From Candidatus Staskawiczbacteria bacterium (lineage in GTDB: Bacteria > Patescibacteriota > Minisyncoccia > Minisyncoccales > Staskawiczbacteraceae): DNA of 64,000 nucleotides. Both the position numbers and the translations under genes were made by a program. Each line of letters starts with the position of its first letter. Position 1 is the first letter of the stretch. Below are positions 61,542 to 64,000 of this stretch, one piece after another. The notes under the pieces are model-generated. The model was not told where the DNA came from. It saw only the letters and a program-made list of their open reading frames with translations, and ran no database searches. Where the stretch lies: contig JAHFKV010000001.1 in assembly GCA_023245155.1 (NCBI GenBank), positions 459,034 to 523,033 of the forward strand, in the 5' to 3' direction.

Positions 61542-63095
61542 ATGAAAACTAAGCCAAAACAAAATAATCAAAATATGACTGCGATTGAACGTATTTTTAA
61601 TTCGCTAGACCTTCAATCACGAGGCTGGATTTTTAAAAAAGACTTAGAGCAAGGCCTTGCTGATAGGGGTATATTACTGGATGATGTGCGCATTAGGCAG
61701 ACAGCCGACCAGTTAAAAAAGTTAAAAGCTGACGAAAAAGTTAATGCTGTGATTTTTGCCAAACTGGTGAGACCCCACATTACCCTTATTGAAAAAGCCC
61801 TGACGGGAAATTTGGTAATCCCGGACTTTAAAAACTTTTCCAGCTTTATTATCAATCTCTATAATAGAACCATTCAAAATGAAGAAGGCAGCGTATCGGG
61901 CGAAATTCCAGAATTAGCCAACGCCAACCCGAACCAATATGCCCTATCAATCTGCACCGTAGACGGGCAAAGATTCAATATTGGAGATTATCGCGCTTCA
62001 TATTTGGCCCGCTCAACTGCAAAATTTTTAAACTACTGCCTGGCTTTTGAAGACCAAGACCAGCAAACTATTTATAAATCAATCGGCTATGGTCCCAAAG
62101 AAAGCGAAATTGACCATATTATGCTCAATAAAAACGGACTTCCGCATAACCCTTTTACTAATTCGGGCGCATTAATGATTGCATCAATGCTTTACCCCAA
62201 GCTTGCAGAAAAAGTCCGCTTTGAAAAAGTTAAAAAACTATGGAAAGAAATGTCGGGAAATATTTCTTGCGGATGGAATAGCAATGCTTTTTCTTCTGAA
62301 AAGAAAAATGCTGGTTATGACCGTGCGTTGGCCTACTTCATGCAAAAGAAGGGGCTTTTGCCCAAGGGTTCGGTAGATAAACATTTAGAGTTTTTATGGC
62401 AATGCCAAAATATTGAAACAACTACAGAGGCACAAGCTGTAATAGGAGCGACGCTGGCAAATGCCGGTGCTTGTCCAACCAACGAAAAAGATGTTTTAAA
62501 ACCTAATATTGCCAGAAATTGCCTTTCGGCCATGGCTCTGGCGGGAATGAATGAATATTCAAGTGAATATAACTTTTCCATAGGCTTACCGGCTACAAGC
62601 GGTAATTCCGGCGTAGTGGTAATTGTAGTCCCAGATGTAATGGGTATCGCCGTTTGGTCGCCTCGGGTTGATGGAAATGGCAATGGCATGAAGGGATTGG
62701 ATTTTTCACGCAAATTCATCGAGCGGTTCAATTTTCACGCCTTCGACAGCAAGATTAAGAATATAAATAAAATTGACCCCAGATTGAAAAAAAATGAAAT
62801 CAAAATGAAAAGTGTTATGGCGCTCACTTCGGCAGCGTCCATTGGAGATGTGGATGAACTAAATCGCCTATATTCTGTGGGTGTTGACTTAAATGAGGGG
62901 GAATACGATAAACGAACGGGTATACACCTTGCCGCTTCTGAGGGACATTTGGAAGCAGTGAAGTTTTTTATAGAGAAAAATGCAGACATTAATCCCAAAG
63001 ACCGCTGGGGTGGTACACCTATTACTGATGCGAAAAGGGGTGGACATAAAAAAGTATTTGAACTTTTGAAAAAACACGGCGGAAGAGAAAGTTAA
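61542..63095 (+). CDS. glsA: Glutaminase with an N-terminal EF-hand-like helical domain and C-terminal ankyrin repeats (metazoan GLS-like architecture)
   Basis: The glutaminase core has S-x-x-K (RSTAKF), NPFTNSGAL and GLPATSGNSGVVVIVVP. The C-terminal EYDKRTGIHLAASEGHLEAVKFFIEKNADINPKDRWGGTP is an ankyrin module. Confidence 0.85.
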   Translation: MKTKPKQNNQNMTAIERIFNSLDLQSRGWIFKKDLEQGLADRGILLDDVRIRQTADQLKKLKADEKVNAVIFAKLVRPHITLIEKALTGNLVIPDFKNFSSFIINLYNRTIQNEEGSVSGEIPELANANPNQYALSICTVDGQRFNIGDYRASYLARSTAKFLNYCLAFEDQDQQTIYKSIGYGPKESEIDHIMLNKNGLPHNPFTNSGALMIASMLYPKLAEKVRFEKVKKLWKEMSGNISCGWNSNAFSSEKKNAGYDRALAYFMQKKGLLPKGSVDKHLEFLWQCQNIETTTEAQAVIGATLANAGACPTNEKDVLKPNIARNCLSAMALAGMNEYSSEYNFSIGLPATSGNSGVVVIVVPDVMGIAVWSPRVDGNGNGMKGLDFSRKFIERFNFHAFDSKIKNINKIDPRLKKNEIKMKSVMALTSAASIGDVDELNRLYSVGVDLNEGEYDKRTGIHLAASEGHLEAVKFFIEKNADINPKDRWGGTPITDAKRGGHKKVFELLKKHGGRES

Positions 63096-63122
63096 TAATA
63101 AAAACATCCAGACTTAAAACTC

Positions 63123-63419
63123 ATGGCCTATAATAAACAATTAGAAGATTCCATGGTCGTGTGCTGGGCCGCGGCTCAAGGCGATGTCCACGAACTTCAA
63201 CGTTTGTACGCAAACGGCGTTGATTTAAATACTGCAGATTACGATGGCCGAACCGGCATACACCTTGCCGCATCCGAGGGTCACTTGGAGGCAGTAAAAT
63301 TCTTGGCGGCAAAGGGAGTGGATATACATGCCAAAGATCGTTTTGGCGGTACGCCGCTTATAGATGCCAAGCGCGGGAATTTCAAAAAAGTAGTGGAATT
63401 TTTAGAAAAATATAAATAG
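63123..63419 (+). CDS. Stand-alone ankyrin-repeat protein, paralogous to the glutaminase C-terminus
   Basis: DYDGRTGIHLAASEGHLEAVKFLAAKGVDIHAKDRFGGTPLIDAKRG aligns residue-by-residue with 62844-63080. Confidence 0.75.
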   Translation: MAYNKQLEDSMVVCWAAAQGDVHELQRLYANGVDLNTADYDGRTGIHLAASEGHLEAVKFLAAKGVDIHAKDRFGGTPLIDAKRGNFKKVVEFLEKYK

Positions 63420-63421
63420 AT

Positions 63422-64000
63422 ATGAACAAAATAACGAAGGTCTATGTGCTAAATACCGGCGGAACCCTGGGAATGATTGGAAACCCTCTTAGGGCAGCAA
63501 AATCTGCCGCAGAATTAATGGAAGGCATTGCTCCCCCAAGAGATGTTGAAGTGGTCTTTGATGATTTTAAATTACGGCAAGACTCAACCAATATTTTGCA
63601 TGCAGAGCGCGCCATGATGGCGCGGCAAATAGAAGCTAACTATCAAAAGTTTGATGCGTTTATTGTTATGCACGGCACAGATAGCATGGCTGAAACAGCC
63701 GCGGCGTTTTGTATGTTTTTTAAAGAATCTTTGCAAAAACCGCTCATTTTAGTTGGTGCCCAAATGACGAAAGACGAAGTGGGTTCTGATGTGTACATGC
63801 AACTTTCCAATTCATTTAGGATAGCTAAGTCTTTCCACCAGCATAATGTGGTGGGTGTTTACAACGTGTGTATTGGAGATGTGTGGGACGGCAGCCGTTT
63901 AAAAAAGAGGGCTGAATCAAACTTTATGGCGTTTTATACTCCGGGCAGAAACCCGGTAGCACGAATTTGGCCACATATTCATTTTGAAGAGGGCGTTAGA
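63422..64000 (+). CDS. Type I L-asparaginase family protein, N-terminal portion (3' end outside window)
   Basis: Hand translation is open to the window end. VYVLNTGGTLGM (TGGT) and IVMHGTDSMAETAAA motifs. Confidence 0.8.
   Translation, partial: MNKITKVYVLNTGGTLGMIGNPLRAAKSAAELMEGIAPPRDVEVVFDDFKLRQDSTNILHAERAMMARQIEANYQKFDAFIVMHGTDSMAETAAAFCMFFKESLQKPLILVGAQMTKDEVGSDVYMQLSNSFRIAKSFHQHNVVGVYNVCIGDVWDGSRLKKRAESNFMAFYTPGRNPVARIWPHIHFEEGVR

Overview
The window is AT-rich, gene-dense and mostly minus-strand after about 10 kb. It looks like a streamlined bacterium of the Patescibacteria/CPR type; this is inferred from gene content, with no marker search. Support for that reading: a fragmented dcw/cell-wall cluster, aminoacyl-tRNA synthetases, a compact type IV pilus operon, two giant repeat-rich surface proteins, a reduced HrcA, and many consensus TTGACA-17-TATAAT-like promoters with clean hairpin terminators. 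The housekeeping content is murC, tyrS, aspS, a D-Ala-D-Ala carboxypeptidase, mraY, an S41 protease, rplI, pyrG, rpmA, uppS, gltX, murG, ftsW, murD, udg, dnaJ/dnaK/grpE/hrcA, msrAB, typA, a DEAD-box helicase, trhO, and two tRNAs (Ala-GGC, Lys-UUU). Items that deserve a second look:
- Two self-contained GC-rich structured-RNA-like loci that I could not assign to any class.
- A series of small GC-rich promoter-ORF-terminator cassettes. One sits beside a free-standing LAGLIDADG endonuclease and a tyrosine recombinase.
- A fusion of a PP-loop domain to MurD.
- A pilus operon encoding a pilin-headed LVIVD beta-propeller.
- A putative cohesin-dockerin pair.
- A transcription unit of tRNA-like element, GIY-YIG gene and tRNA-Ala.
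- A heat-shock operon carrying a cytoplasmic S1 protease, a CYTH enzyme and a deaminase.
- An ApbE/FMN-binding/RnfD-FNR flavin module.
- A translationally coupled GIY-YIG/SIR2 pair followed by a Nudix hydrolase.
- A metazoan-type glutaminase (EF-hand-like, glutaminase and ankyrin domains) with a duplicated ankyrin ORF and an asparaginase.
All calls come from reading the translations and the sequence. No database search was run.
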